In this document: positions 1-14,100 of the stretch, in pieces | Position numbering within the stretch: the first letter of the stretch is position 1 | Layout of the letters: each line of letters begins with the position of its first letter | Origin: Raillietiella orientalis | Taxonomy: Eukaryota | DNA: 64,000 nt | Assembly: GCA_036172245.1 (NCBI GenBank) | Contig: JAYWIR010000038.1 | Location: forward strand, 434,001 to 498,000 | Reading direction: 5' to 3' | Position numbers and translations under genes: made by a program | Notes under the pieces: generated by a model | The model's input: the letters and a program-made list of their open reading frames with translations, nothing else | What the model was told of the DNA's origin: nothing | The model's database searches: none

Positions 1-1534
1 CTTTGTTTTGTTGTACAAACCTTGTTTTGTACATTTCTTCCTCGGGTACGCTTCGAAGATTACTTGGTGCGAACAGTCAAAGATGGAATCTGGTCTTTGG
101 GATCCTTCTTACCTTTCTTTTTTTGAAAAAAAAAAATAAATATATTTTATTATTGCTTTTCCTTTCTGCTTTCCTCTTTTGCTGCTTTTAATTATGGAGT
201 GCTCTTTTCTCGCACAAAACCTGGAATCTAAAATTCATTAACACAGTTTAAATGATAGATCAATCCTTTCGCCCCATCAGTTTTATGGGGGGGGGGGAGG
301 GGGAAGAGACCTCAGCGCGGCAGTTTTCGCCGTCTCCTGTAACATCGAATAATCTAGAAATGACTCGAAATGTTCCAGAATGTTCCCCGTTTGCTACTTG
401 CAATTTCCCCTCAATACAGTCACGTGTTTCTGTTTCCTTGCTTTGGTAACGTACTGCGATGTACGGGGAGCTCCTTTTCCTCTTAGGAAAAGAAGCATAT
501 GTGTACATAGCTCTCCAGCAGATGCAGAGAGATCTTGCATTTTGCTCTTGTCGAACACGGGTCGCTCGAAAAAATGGGTTCATCAGCTTAGCCGTCGATG
601 GTTGCGAAGCTCCAGAGTGAAACTGCTTCTTCGGGGTCTCAACAAAATCGAACCTTCTGGATTGGCCGCATCGGTCCCAGTCATAGAAAATCACGTGGAT
701 TAAACGTGGACCACAGGCCCTTTACTCTCTCCGCCATGTTTTCATGGGAATATGCAAATGCACGGAATGTTTTACGACCACGAAACCCTCAGGCAAAAAC
801 GCTTCAAACGAGTAATCCCCCCCCCCCCCCCCAAAAAAAAAAAAAAACCATTCGTTTTCAAGCTGTTGACCAAATGTCCACACCGTGCAGGGATGCCTCG
901 AGATCGGAAACATCCCGGAATCCTTTCTGGAAGATTGAAAAGCAGGATGAAGCAGCTGGAAGGTGAAGCGAGCAGGCAAACAAACAGCAGTGCTGTAAGA
1001 TTCCAACGACATGCCTCGACACCACTTTTAACTATCCTTCAAGAATCATCAGCACTTAGAGGTTTGTTGACCGAAATCATTATTAAGAAAGAAAGGAAGG
1101 AAGAATCCTAAGGGTAGGACGATCCTACACGATTCAAACCATTCATTTGACTTGGATGAACCTCGAGAGGGATCCAAGACGAGCTGGTTGCCATGGAGAT
1201 GCGACGCGGAACGCCGGCTGCGCTCTCTCGGTATCTAACAGTCGTTTTGCTTTGCGCACCGTGTGGAAATTTTTGCGTTCTGGAAATTCGTGGAAATTCG
1301 TCCAATCGACTGAGAATCGACGAACTGTAAATGTCGTTGGCATTTACAGTACGTTCTCGTATCGCGCCATTTTTTCCCCCCCATTCAAATGCTTTACGTT
1401 TACACGATGGTACGCGTAGAGCAGCCATCTGGAAGCAGAGAGCACTGCAAGCTGAATTAATTTCGAAACTGTACATTCATAACAGTACAATGAAACAAAC
1501 AGAAAGAAAAACATCAGTAGCAGTGAATGAATCG

Positions 1535-2021
1535 ATGCTCGTAATCCTCATCTGCTTCGCCTTGTTTACATCCTCGGAGCATTGGGGCCCCGTTCGAACG
1601 CAAACAGGTAGTGACCGGGCAGCTCTTGCACGCGCAAGGGGCAGCACTGCTAGGAAGACCCCCACGTGGACGGGCCGGAAAGGGCTCACTCACCCGCGGG
1701 GGGGGGGGTGGCAGAATCAGACCCAGCGAGGATGCGAAAACTGGAAATTCCTCGACAGGATGGCGAGCACTCTCGGAAAACTCCGTGCCTCTCCACAAAG
1801 ACGCCGGATGCGTCGCAGCATCCCCAAGTTCGGAAAGATCATCCCCGCACAGGTCACCCGAAATTCGCGCGGAAATCCTCGCCCACTTCGCCCCAAAGAG
1901 ACATGCCGAAGGAGTTCGACCTGGGCGCATGCAAATCCAAGCACCTTCAAGCACTCACAAAAGGAAAACACCAACCTTAACACTTTTCCTGAAAGATTTT
2001 TTCCCCCTCAGTTCTGCGTAA
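1535..2021 (+). CDS. Possible small secreted orphan protein (2 exons)
   Basis: ATG 1535 gives hydrophobic MLVILICFALFTSS; a 46-nt GT-AG intron 1608-1653 joins in phase to the open frame ending at 2021. No recognisable domain. Confidence 0.25.
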
Positions 2022-2091
2022 TGAACCAACAGGAAAAGGATTGCGTGAAAACTTATGGATCATGGAATCCACAGCATCCACACGCACCTTC

Positions 2092-2127
<36 letters not shown>

Positions 2128-3149
2128 TGTGGTGCTTTTGATTCGATCCGCCGCCATCTTCCGTCTTGCAAACGAATCCTTTGGAAAGGATCCGATATCC
2201 TTACAATCAGTTAAAGGGGGGAGGGGTGAAAAAAAAGGAAAGTTCACGCTCTCTTCGAGATCTACGGATTATTATTTTCCCATGCATACCTTTTTCCGTT
2301 CCCTAATACTACTGAAACCAGAATATCGCGACCGTACTGATCCATAAAGGCAGCTTTTATTCCACAGAATTACTGACTTGCGGCCTTACTGCTGCACACA
2401 TTCTCTTGATGGACAGATATGCAAACTCGGTTGCCAGCAACCAGCAACGGATGAAAGTAACCGAGCAACTGCTGCTGTTTCTTTCACGAGACACCAAGGA
2501 GCAACCTTACAACATGGAGAGGTTCAGGCGTTTGTCGCTATAAACGTGGAGCTCAGCTGACGTCAGTTTTCTTTGCTTGAAGTGCACACCTTGAAGAGCG
2601 AGTGTGCGTCGGTCCATCTTAAGGAACGGGGCGGGGGGGGGGGAAGACCTCGTGCACGATTCTGCCGTGCACGTGCACGCTGGTGTCGCAAAAGAGAAGC
2701 CTGCGAACCGTCTGGAATCCCAAGTTGGATCCGCTCGACGGCTTTTTTTCTTTTTTTCTCGGGGGGGGGGATTCGAGGCACATGGATTGAAGTTGCCTCG
2801 AACCTACGAAAATCGGCCAAGGAAATTTTAGCAGCTCCTCAAGAGATTTCCAAAAGCATCGTTACTTCACGAAAAGATCTGAAATCGAGGAAACGGAAAG
2901 AGGACAGTTTGAAACGTGATCCGGAATTTGTTTATCGAGAAGAAGACAGTCAGAAAGTCTTGCATTTCTGGAGAAAAAAAAAAACACGCACACACACATT
3001 AAGACCTGTATTCGAAAACAGTTTCTCATTAATTCTCAAGGAAAGCATTTTGGTTTCGACATTTTTCACGATGCCTGCGTCATATCGACGCGAAAACTTC
3101 CCAGTGTCATTCATTCTGAATGTACAAGCGTATCCCTTCCAGGAGTTGT

Positions 3150-5550
3150 TAAATAAGCACCCGAGGTGATCCCTGGATCAGTATCATTCCCTCCCACAGG
3201 CTTGGGATTCCTGGAGGTTCTCTTATTCTGCGCGGTTTGTGTCTGACTCTTGTCCTCTAGATGCAAAAGGCGACACAAGTGGTCTTGATGGATAAACAGG
3301 TCGTTTGCTCCAAGTCTCAAAGCTGTCAGGCAATGAGCTAAGAATGCCCGTGTCACAGGATCAGCTCCGAGCCATCGGAATGCTCCCCAAGAATAAAACT
3401 GCATCGCGCCTCGACCAAAGGCCTTTTTTTTGTTTTTAGAAAAACTCCTCAGCAACTACTCAAAAACTCAACAACAAGAAGCAGCACCAAATCGTGGTCT
3501 TTTCCTCCTCCTTTTTTGAATGAACGCAGGATTCGGGGAAGACCGCCTTAGAGGAATATCTAGGAACAGAAGAAACGTCCGGCGGAAAGGGAAGCACTGC
3601 TTCGGAAGAAGCAACCTTTCCAGACCCAGTCGGAAAGAGAAAATCAAGGTCTCGAGGAGAAGTGTTGAGGATCCAAACTAGGAGCACCATCGTTGCTGGG
3701 ATTTCCGTCGATCCGACCAGCAGTGATGAGCATCTCTGGGATCCTAAACATCCTCCACGAAAAGGAAAGCACGATAAGAAAAACAGTCTCCATCTCAAGA
3801 ACCGTTTCTGCTGTGCGAAATTCTTCCGCGTAAGAAGCTGAAAAGAGAAAACGATTTCCTGGTAGTCTGTCAGTAACGACTAGAAGAGGAAAAAATAATG
3901 AAAAAGACGTTCATGACGACACCGGATGGCATTAGGGAAGAGGGAAACGAACCACTCATGCCAGTGCGTGGAATCAGGAAATGAAGAGATGAAGAATGCT
4001 TTCTCTGAAGAAAGCGTAGGAGTAGGCAAGAACCTACTGGACGCGGAGGGATGTTTTACCACGACTTCTTGAAAATTCGTGCACGAAAATTTGTGCGAAA
4101 GACAGCCCTGTTGCGAATGCATGGCTGTAAGAGTCGAAGCAAACATCTGCACGTCTTTTTTATTATTTTTTGAAAGGCACAAACGGTTCTTGAGATGGAG
4201 ACTGTTTTTCTTATCGTGCTTTCCTTTTCGTGGAGGATGTTTAGGATCCCAGAGATGCTCATCACTGCTGGTCGGATCGACGGAAATCCCAGCAACGATG
4301 GTGCTCCTAGTTTGGATCCTCAACACTTCTCCTCGAGACCTTGATTTTCTCTTTCCGACTGGGTCTGGAAAGGTTGCTTCTTCCGATGCAGTGCTTCCCT
4401 TTCCGCCGGACGTTTCTTCTGTTCCTAGATATTCCTCTAAGGCGGTCTTCCCCGAGTCCTTCGGACGGAGGGGTAGTCCATCAAGAGCTTGATAAACGCA
4501 TTCTATGCGTTTATCAAGCGGTCGGAACAAGAAACGGACAAAGTGCAACAACACTGGGATTCTTTGGGTGGCTTACCAGTCCACCATTTCGCACTGGTTC
4601 AGTTGCTGCCGTTGATCAAAACACTTCGTGTTGCATCCTGGATCTTCCCAGAGATGCCCAGACGATTCGACCAGATGGGAGCTCCACCATACCCCCTGAT
4701 GCCCATTTCTCTCTTGAGTGGAGTCATGAAGATGTCCTCGGCCGTTTCCTGAGGAGTACTCCTGAAGAGGAGGGCTGCGGTTATTCTTGCTGTGGTGGTA
4801 GTGCACTGTTGTCTATCTTCTTGCTCGTGAAGAAGTCCCTGCAGGTCTTCCAATCTGGTTTTGTCCTGGAAGTCTGTTGCTTACTTTACCATCGTCCAGT
4901 CGAGGAGCGTTTGGCAGCTGACGATACGTTGGAGTGTGCACTGCGGTGCCATTCAGAATCCCTCAGAGGATCAGATCGCACTGGACTTCTAGCTGCATGC
5001 CTGCTCCCTGGAGAATGGTCTCCTTCCCTGTTGGATTGAGGATCTCGAGAGCTTCTTTTGCAGTTGCGCGTGGTTCCACATGATTTGCCAGGTTTCGGGG
5101 TTCTCTTTGATTCGGTCTGGGCTGCGAACCTGACACAGATCTCTAAATCTGTGGGTCACCCGGCTCCGAATACGAGTCTTCTAGTTGAACAGCCGCTCCT
5201 CGCCGGCATCGCCCCTATGTGAGAAGCGCTCGCACTGTCCGGGAACCGAGCACGGCCTTTGCTAGAGCTGTTCCCCTTCCCCTCACAGGACACGGTCAAA
5301 CAGATATCAGCGGAAGGTGTTCCTCCCAGACTCCTCCGCCCTTGGGGATTACTCCAGCCTTCTCTGAGGCTGTGAGTGCCCATCTGATAGCGGTTTAACT
5401 GCTCATGCTTCCCTCCGTGCATTCTTGCGTGGATGTTCGCACAGTTCCACTCTTCTTGGTCGTTCGTTCTTCTTGGTACACCCTTACAGTGTTTGCTCTT
5501 CTCTCTTGTTCCTGTTGAAAGGCATGGAAGAGCACAACCGGAGTACACTG
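3150..5550 (-). mobile_element. Heavily decayed non-LTR retrotransposon remnant (possibly NeSL/R2-like)
   Basis: Faint motif traces only: TAEDIFM (ADD-like), EEYLG (KYLG-like) and DAVLFLGSI..W near 3390 (resembles RLE C-terminal ALIVGSLGSW). Many stops and frameshifts; boundaries approximate. Confidence 0.3.
3528..4460. repeat. 280-bp inverted repeat (3528-3807 and 4181-4460) with 373-bp spacer
   Basis: Base-by-base comparison shows the arms are reverse complements with only 2 mismatches. Confidence 0.97.
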
Positions 5551-7349
5551 CAGCATTGGACGAAATACCAAAACTCTTGTTGCTACAAAAAGTCAGCCAT
5601 CTTTACGATGCGTTTCTGATCTTTTCCGAACCGTGTTGAAAAACAGTTAAAACATGCATTCATTGGATTGATGTTCATTTCTTTCGTCTATTTACTTATT
5701 TATTTTTTCGTTTTCAGGTGTTCCAATTAGCAACTAGATTGATTTGTATTTGGCTTTTGAACACATTATTTCTAATCTTGAGTGTTTTTCCGAAACATCA
5801 GGATCGCTAGTATTTATTAGTGATGTACTTGGAAGTGGTACATTTGTGTACAACAGAATCAACCCAATGGAGATTACTTCAATACTGGTTTCATACACGT
5901 TTACTTTTCAGAATCGTTTTCTGCTTTGCAGGCTGATTTTTTTCCCCTCTTTGACTATTTGTTTATTTATAAATAAACCAGGAAAAATCTACTGGTTTCC
6001 GCTGATTGTTCGCAGACTTTGTGTCAAAAACAAAAAAAATGCTGATAATACTGAAACAGTCGAGCGCCATTTTAGAGCCTTTGGTTTTCAACGGCGTGAC
6101 TTCCCGTTTTGCCCTACGTCTCACCGTTCATCAGCGGTCAGTTTCTGGCTGTATTTATTGGAAGAAGAATGCCAAACGGAGCCATCTTTATTCGGCCAGT
6201 GCTTTACGATTACAGTGCTTTTTCGTTGCTATCGAAGTCCCGGCTCTTCTATCCGGCGAACGAGGTTTTTTCTCGGTTTGCCCATCTTGGCTCGATCTTC
6301 CCCATTAACATCCTGAAAATGGGAATCGTTTCCCCCTTTCGGTGTTCAAAAAATCTTGCCACCTCGCATCGGTACATTTCAGAATGTCTCACAATGGGGT
6401 TACCGTGGTGATCCCCGGACCACCCGTGCACAAACTTGGGAGCCAAAAGGAGAGGTGGGCAAAGCGTGCCAGCGAGCAATTCGAAAACAACAAGCTGTAA
6501 AAGAATTCAGATCTGAAACTGAGACGGCACGGCTGGCTGCAAGCGTAGAGGCGAGATTATAGGAATCGAAAGTGAAGGCAGGGAATCTTAAGACAGTCGG
6601 TGTTTATCCAGGATGAAGATCATTAACTTGGGATGGGGGGGGAGGGGACTCCAGTTTCTAAACTTTGATCATTTCACGGTTCCTCGATTCTGCTGCCAGG
6701 GCACCACGCGGGTGATGGGAGCAACACCACGAAAGACCTTATGCCTGAAACTTACATCCTGCTGTTAACAGGGCGAGTTGAGGGAAAATGCCTTCTTCGG
6801 GGAAATAAGGAAAGGCGAAAAAGATCTTCTTCCGGTTTCTGCTGAAACGGAAGTGGCCACTGGAAAAATGAAAGTGGGAAAAAAGTAGGCGGGTTTTCCG
6901 GTGGTGATTGTACGAAGACCGTCTGCCTGCTCGATGAAGGCAGGGCGATGTCACTTTTCAGATGCCCTGATTGATGATGGCTCTCGGAACGAAGGTTTGG
7001 AGAAGTGAGATTTCGTATAAGTGGTCGGATGGTTTCCTCTTACGAGTTGCTCTTTTTGTGCGTGTGTTTTCCGATGTGGCAACGAGCTTTTGAAATTTCG
7101 GGACCGGCGCAGTGCAGAGGAATCTTTGCTGAGTTCCAGCAAACTGGCGACAAGAAGATCACACAAGCATGTGTCGTCCGTGGAAGCAAACTCTTTCTTT
7201 CTTTAAAACTACAAGAAACGTTTGTGTGTAAACGCTTGCATAGAAGAGAGGAAAGAATTTCCACCAGAAAGCATGGGGGGAAAAGGGGGGAGGGAGGCGG
7301 ATGATAACGAAAAAGACAAAAGCAGCACTTAAACGGAAACTGCGACTGC

Positions 7350-8100
7350 CACGAATTCGCGAAAATCACCCCCAGGGAAACGTTGGAACCTTGCATCACT
7401 GCCCTCCTCCGTCTCAGGCTCATTCGAATTTCCCTTTCAAAAAACCCTGTGCCCCTTCGAACGGGATTTCACTCCTCGCGGTCGGTTCAAGTACCTATGA
7501 GACTACGGAGAGTGGGACACTGACACAAGTAGGGGTGTGGAACTACCAAATCGCACTCGCTGGGAATCGTTTATTGAAAACGCAGCTTTGGTTCAAGGGG
7601 TAGAACAAGGAGATGCCATTTCATAATCATCATCAAGGCGTGCCTCGTGACTTGCTCCGGAAGGATGCGTTCCTTCAGGGAGTACCATCAACAGCGATCG
7701 CGTAGAATCACTTTGGATAGAAGAGGACTCTTTGCTGGGGAACTGCACCTTGTGATTCCGTGGCCGTTTGGGGGCTGCCAAGGTTCACTGGAAGACTCCG
7801 GCACGCCGCTTTTCCTCACAAGTCTGGCGCTAATGGTGGCGGCTGCCATAGATTTTGAATGCACGTGGGGAAGCACCGGGGACGGAGGGGTGAAATTAAG
7901 CGAGCGCGCGTGTTATCCGCTGGGTATGATGCAGTGAACTGGATCAAGGCCGATCTTGGTCCAACCGCCGCGACAAGCCTCCCGATGCTGCACAGGACTT
8001 CACTTGCACACGAAAAGGCATCTGCGTTCATCCCGACCGAAAAGGACGGCTTGCTTACGAACGCGAAAGTGATCCCGCTCGGCTTCGGCATGGTTTCTTG
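7350..8100 (+). mobile_element. Decayed LINE reverse-transcriptase fragment
   Basis: 7591-7623 reads VQGVEQGDAIS (RT motif GVRQGDPLS), then a stop; downstream in a shifted frame GLFAGELHLV (FADDLVL-like) and KADLG (KYLG-like) in the expected order. Confidence 0.6.
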
Positions 8101-11100
8101 CGGTGTTTGCAGAGTAAATTCGGGAGGTCAAAGCCACACGCTCCACAAGGTCAAGGAAAATAACCCGAAATTAATAAAAAGTGTCGCAGGGATCTTCAGT
8201 GTTGCACACGTTTCTGCCTCCAGGCTACTAATAAATGCAAGAAAAAGGGCAAAAATGCGGAGTGCAGGGCAGCTCTTTGCTTTGGGGAAACTCGACCGGG
8301 AAAGCAGGCAGTGTCTTACGGTCGTTCCGACGTTTCCTCCGCAACACAGCGAGGTCTGCTTGGGCTGTTCCATCGGATGTGCAGTTCCGTGTCTGTGAGA
8401 GAGAGCGCAGAGTGGTTGAGATGGGAAGGAAAACCAATGCAACAAGTGACCTCCGAAGAACTTTGTCCCTGTCTTTTCCCGATCTCACAGTCATGAAACC
8501 CAGCAGCGGGAAGAACGCACATTTCCTCCTCCCCATCCCTTCCTCCTCCTCTTCTCTTCCTCGTCCTCCTTCTCCAGCAGCGCCGGAACTTCGCAAGTGG
8601 CATCCCATTCGCACTTCATCCTTTCACGAAAAGAAAAGGAGATCGGAACGGGATGCTGTTTACCTTGTTGCATGGTTTTGCCCAATACGTCTCGTGACGG
8701 ATCAAATGATGTAATCTGCACAAAACAATCTGAAAATCACTATTTAAAAAAAAAAAGAAAAAAAAAAAAAAAGACCGATGCAGAGCCCTGTCGATGTACA
8801 CGAAGGACGTGACACGAGCACAGAAACGGTTCATTCGTGCTCAGCTGGATGCTTTAAAGTTACATTGTAAGCACAAGAAGAGAGGTTCACCCCCAAAGCA
8901 GGAGGAGGCTTGGCTGGAGCACTGATCTGTGATAACTGCTTAGGACTGGACATTTCACTCTTGACACGGGTCTGCAGAGCTCTTTCGTGGAAAATTGAGT
9001 GTTCGATCGCGGTTTCGAGATCATTCCGAAACGTCATCCGCCCTAAAAGCTTTCCCGATGAATTCCCCGAGCCCCCCCCCCCCCCGGACAGGCTCGCCTG
9101 GCAGTGCGGGAAGAAAGCAGCAGCGCGGCGATCGTCCACCGCCATCAAGGACGAGGGCTCGTCCTTTTCTCGAGCGAACCCCACGGATCGCGCAAACGCT
9201 TCCACCACCCTTATGGCCCGAAGGGCAAGGTCACGGTGTTTCGTGGGATGCGCGGGAATTTACGCTCCAGAGCTCGTGTAAAAATACACGCGGAGGCCGC
9301 CCGGCTCCCCACGGAAGGCACGTGATGCCCGCTCGTTCGAGCGCCCAACCAACTCCTCCGCCCGAAGAGTACAAAATGGCGCAGCCGCTTACAAAATGGC
9401 GCGCGGGTGCATGAACGCTCGGAAGCGTTTGGCACGGCTCTTTCTTTCTTTTCTTTTCTTTTTTTTTTCTTGTTTGAGTTTTATTTTGTTTCTGTTTCGG
9501 AACGTCGGGGGCATCGCATGTGTACGCGTTCACCCAGCAACGCAACGCGTCCGTTTCCCGTCACACGAATTTTTACGGATGATTCCGCGTTGATGCTGCT
9601 GCTGTTCTCTGTGCCGGTAGCCCACGGGGGCCTTCGAAAAGTTGGGCTTTGAGGCCACACACGCCAGGGTGATGGAATGCTGGCGTTATTTACGCGGCTG
9701 CGCGCGCCCACGTCGAAGCCCCACCAGCAAGGGGAGCGGCGGGGGCGACCGGAGCATTCTGTAAACACAACAAGGGATCCTGCCAGGTTTACGAAGTGAC
9801 TTTTTTTCCCCCCGAGCAACAGTCTCAACAAAATTCGTATCAATTTCAAAAATCGACGTAGTAATACAGTCATTTGCACAACACAGATTGATACCTGTTT
9901 TTCTTCACTCGTGCCGATCAGTGTTTTTTCGGAATTACCAAGTTCAAAGTAGCTCGTGTGAATTCGCACTGGAGCATGAGGAACAATACGTGGTACAAAA
10001 TAAAAAAAATATAAATTAAAAAAAAAAAAAAAAAAAAAAGATCCAAGATCCAGATCTACACCGGGTGGCTTTAGACAAACAGCTCGCATGATTCAGGATT
10101 TATTTTGTGTAACCCGTTCGGATCGAAGTCACCGGACAAAGAACGCACATGCATCCAATTACACAGCGAGCATCATATGACATGATGGTGCGTGGGACGG
10201 GATGATTGTTCCGCAGAAAGAGAGAAGAGAAGAGAGGACAGGGACTCATCGGAACGTGTGTGTGTTTGCGCCTCGGGCGCTCATTCTGCGCGGACGCTGT
10301 TTGCCGCTCGGAGCCGAAAGAGTGGCTGTGATTTCGGCGCAGCATCCATCGCGTGAGGTAATCTTCGCGTGGAGACGAAATCCCGACGATGGCTGTTGGC
10401 AGTGTCGGTTTAGCTCGCTGAATTGCTCCGCGGTTGAGGCCGGACATCTGCGCGGAACGCAGCTTCTTCCGAACCGAGGCAAGGGCCTCGAGGAGGAGAG
10501 GCGTTTGCGTTGTGTGTACCACCAGTTGCAGCGCAGGCCGGCTCCGCAGATCTTCGGGGAGGGACACCACCGACCGTCCGCTGGGCATCGTCGGTGCACA
10601 CCTGGAACCACAAAGCGGGTGGGCACGCGCTTCGCCCTTTTCCCTTCTTGCCTCCGGGTCGCTGAGTGCCGGGCAACCACGTGCGCACGGGCGAGCGCTT
10701 TTTCGGCGCCTGAGACGCAGGCGGCGCGGCTCGGAATTTCAAGATGCTCCCTTCGCGCCTTGAGACTCGGAACCGAGGGCGCCGGAAAGCACGCGGAAGG
10801 AAGGAAGGGCGAGAAGTGGAGAGAGGGCCCCAAGGCAGCAGGCGGCCCGCGGGAACGAGACGCGGGCGCGCATCGACTCGACTCACGCCTGCACCGATCA
10901 CTGGACATGCGTCACCGCGTACCTGAACCGCTCTCCGGTCCGATAAGAACATCTGCGCTTGCATGCCGTATCGATCCCACAAGCCCGACTCGTTCGGTTC
11001 ATTCCTCCCGCTCGATCCCTGTGCCGCTCTCCGGCCCGGCTCATGGCTGCAATCAATAACGAACAGGACGTTGAACCCTGGTGTGCTCTGGTAAGCCTGA

Positions 11101-14100
11101 TGTTGCATAATGGTTCGCAGATTGTGTTGTCCTTAGACGTTATCTTCCCGTGTACGGATGGAAGGCTCGGGCCCAGCGAAGCTTTACGTTTCGGTCTGCG
11201 CGCGCCCATGTCTTCGAGACGTGGCCGCAGGCGAAGCCCTCTCGGACCGCGGAGTCCCGCGACCTGCAGCACGATGGGAGGCGCGCGCACATCCGGGGGA
11301 ACCCTTTGGTCCCCCCTGAAGATCGGTTCCAGCTTCCCGACCGAGCGATGGCGGGTCCACTTTGTCGTGGTGGGTGCCGCGACGTCAGAGACGTCGGCGT
11401 CCTTGCATCGCTTCGCTTTCATCTTCTTTGCCTGGCTGCGTTTCATGGCTTGCGACTTTCGGGTGAGGGGGTCGGTCCTCTTGACCGGGCAGGCAAAGTT
11501 CTTCTTCAGCGTGTATTCCGCTCGGACTACCGCGCGGAATACACGCTGAAGGGAGGAGAAAGAACGGACCGAGTTGAGGTTCTTTCACGGGACCGTCGAA
11601 GGTCGCGTGCCCGGCCCCGCCGACCAGCCTGCAGCTGGCATCTACGCATGCGACGGAAAGAGCTGTCACGTGCGGGAGGAAGAGGAGGAGGAGGAGGAGG
11701 AAGACGCAACGGAAGCGTCCTGGGGTTCGGGCGAGGAAGGAACCTGTCTTCGAAAAGTGCAGGCCGTCTTTCCCCCTCCCTCTCTCTTTTTGGGTGTGTG
11801 TGTGTGTGCGTGCGCTTGGAAGCGCCGTGAAAGCGATTCGCGCATCCCGAAAGACGGCTGAAAATCCCCCAGGAGGGAAGGCGAGCAGGATAATCGTAGG
11901 GCGGCCTCGCTGCTCCTCGCACCCTTCTTCGAACGGTTTCGCGAGAGTCCGTCGGCTGCGCGCGCGACGACTCCGACGTATCGATCGGCAGTCCACCAAG
12001 GAGGGGGGAGGAGGAAGCGCACACAAAAGGGGAAAAAGAATGTACTACAAAGTATGCCGGCGTATCCCTTCTGCCGGGCGGGGAGGACGCGCGTGGAACG
12101 CAAATGGCGTCGCAGAACAAAAGGAAATTCGCCACAGCTGTACCGCGGGGTGGGTGAGCGCGCCTCCTCCCGCGCCGCAAACATGGCGGCCGCGCTCGCC
12201 CGCCTTCCGCAACATGGCGGACGCTCTCTCTCTCCGCCCGCTGGCTGCCGTTCAGCTGGGGAGCGCGGGGCGTGCGTGGAAGTATTCGCGCGGATTTCGT
12301 CGTGAGGCCACGCACGCACGCGGTTTCCGAGTCGCTCGCTGGGCTTCCCGCGTAGGCGACGCCTTCCAAGTGGGGAGGAACGGGAACCAGTAAATCAAGC
12401 GGGGTTCTTCCTCCAAGCATCCAGGGCGCCTCGAGCCGTGCGGCTCGCGCGTCGGCGCCAAACGCGTGGGTGTAAACACGGACGAGGAGAATTCGCCCCT
12501 CGCGGTTGCGGGGATCTGCAGGAAACGCCGCCGCCGCCGCCTTGTGGCGACGCCCGCCACCCCCGTAACTTCTTCGCAGCCTGAGGACCGGTTTAGAAGG
12601 TCCCGCCGAGCAGCGCTCGAACGCTCGGTTCCCGAAAGACCGACAGCGCGGCCAGGTCTCCAGACCGCCCCGGATGACGGACGGTGGCTCTTCACGTGTG
12701 GCTAAAAGCAGCAGCGACGTGGTCCTGAACTTCGAAAGCATCAGCAGCCGTTCTCCGTGGTCGCAAGAACACATACACGATGACGGGTTTCGGTTGCCGC
12801 TTTCCCTCTTGCGCTGGCTAAGAGGCTGCAAGGCAAACGGCTGGAAACAAACGCAGACACCGCCCGGCGAGCGGCACCCTTCGAAAGCTGCTTGGCACTT
12901 CCGTGCATCCGCCCCTCGCGCTGTAACCGTGGAACAGAAACGTCCATCCGCTGACCTTCACCCCAGGGAATCTCAAGTTTCATTTTCCCTCCTCGGAAGA
13001 AACCCCCCCTAAAAAAAGGTGGAGATGTGGACCACCACTTCCGGATGTTCGCGGCAACGACTGGATTCTTCCTCCTTTCGGATTTGTCCGCTTCGTTTCT
13101 TCTGGTCCTTCCGCCACGAATGTTTGGCCGGCTCGCCGCACGGCGCCGCCGCTTGTCGGGACGATGTTTGAAAGGGAAAGAAACGCGCGGAAGTGGTCCG
13201 AAGGGAAAGTTCTCCTGAAAACGCGTCACGCGGAAACGGGGCAACTCTCTAAAGGGTCAATTAACACAGCAGGACCGAGCTGCGCCCGCGTACGGACAGG
13301 CCACCTCTGTCGGGCTATGGAAAAGCACTAGTGGTTTTTGCACACGCGGAAGGCTCTGCAGCAATCCGTCCACACCGGGTCTGATGCGTGTAAAGTAAAC
13401 ATCTTTCGCAAACTGGATGGAGACCTGGATCGCGTGCGTCCTGCCAAAATCCCTCCGTAAGAAGACGAAGGCACTCATCAAAGGTATACCGAGGCGCAGC
13501 AAGCAAAAGACCAAAACTAATAGCTGACGGCTCCAGGCTTTCAGCGCACCATGAAATATTCAACTGCATTGACACACATTGCGAAGTTGGTCGCTTCCAA
13601 AGTGTACGCGCCAAAATGCTTCCCGGGGCATTTGCAGCTGCTCGCCACGAACACGTACGTACGTCCCGAACGCCGCCAGCTGCTCCTTCGCGAGCCGCCG
13701 TTTTCGCCGTGCAGAGCTGCTGCAGACGACCGAACTTTGTCCAGAGAAGCCTCAACGTTTTATTCCTCGAACCGTGGCATCCGATGCACGCATCTCTTAA
13801 TTACAGAACGCGAACACGCTTTGTGTTCGAGCCGTGCGTGTAGTCGTCTCTTCAGCCGCTTCAAACGGCGGCCACTCCCTCCCCCTTTCGTTGTGACGCA
13901 CGCCGGGCGTCTGCGGCGAAGCCTGCCAACTGACCATCGAGGCTGAAACCGGTCACCTGCTCCTAAGGTGAGCCTGATTGCGGTGTTCGCCTCTTGGATC
14001 TTCCGGATGGAAAACAAAGGTTCCGGTCCATTGGTTTCGAGGACCGTGAACACGTCACGAAATCGACGACACTGGGCCGGGGATCACCGTGAAACCGTGC

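Noticed and set aside
11527..12831. 434-aa minus-strand ORF
   Set aside because: GC-rich, crosses (CA)n and homopolymer tracts, has no recognisable motif, and several overlapping frames are equally open.
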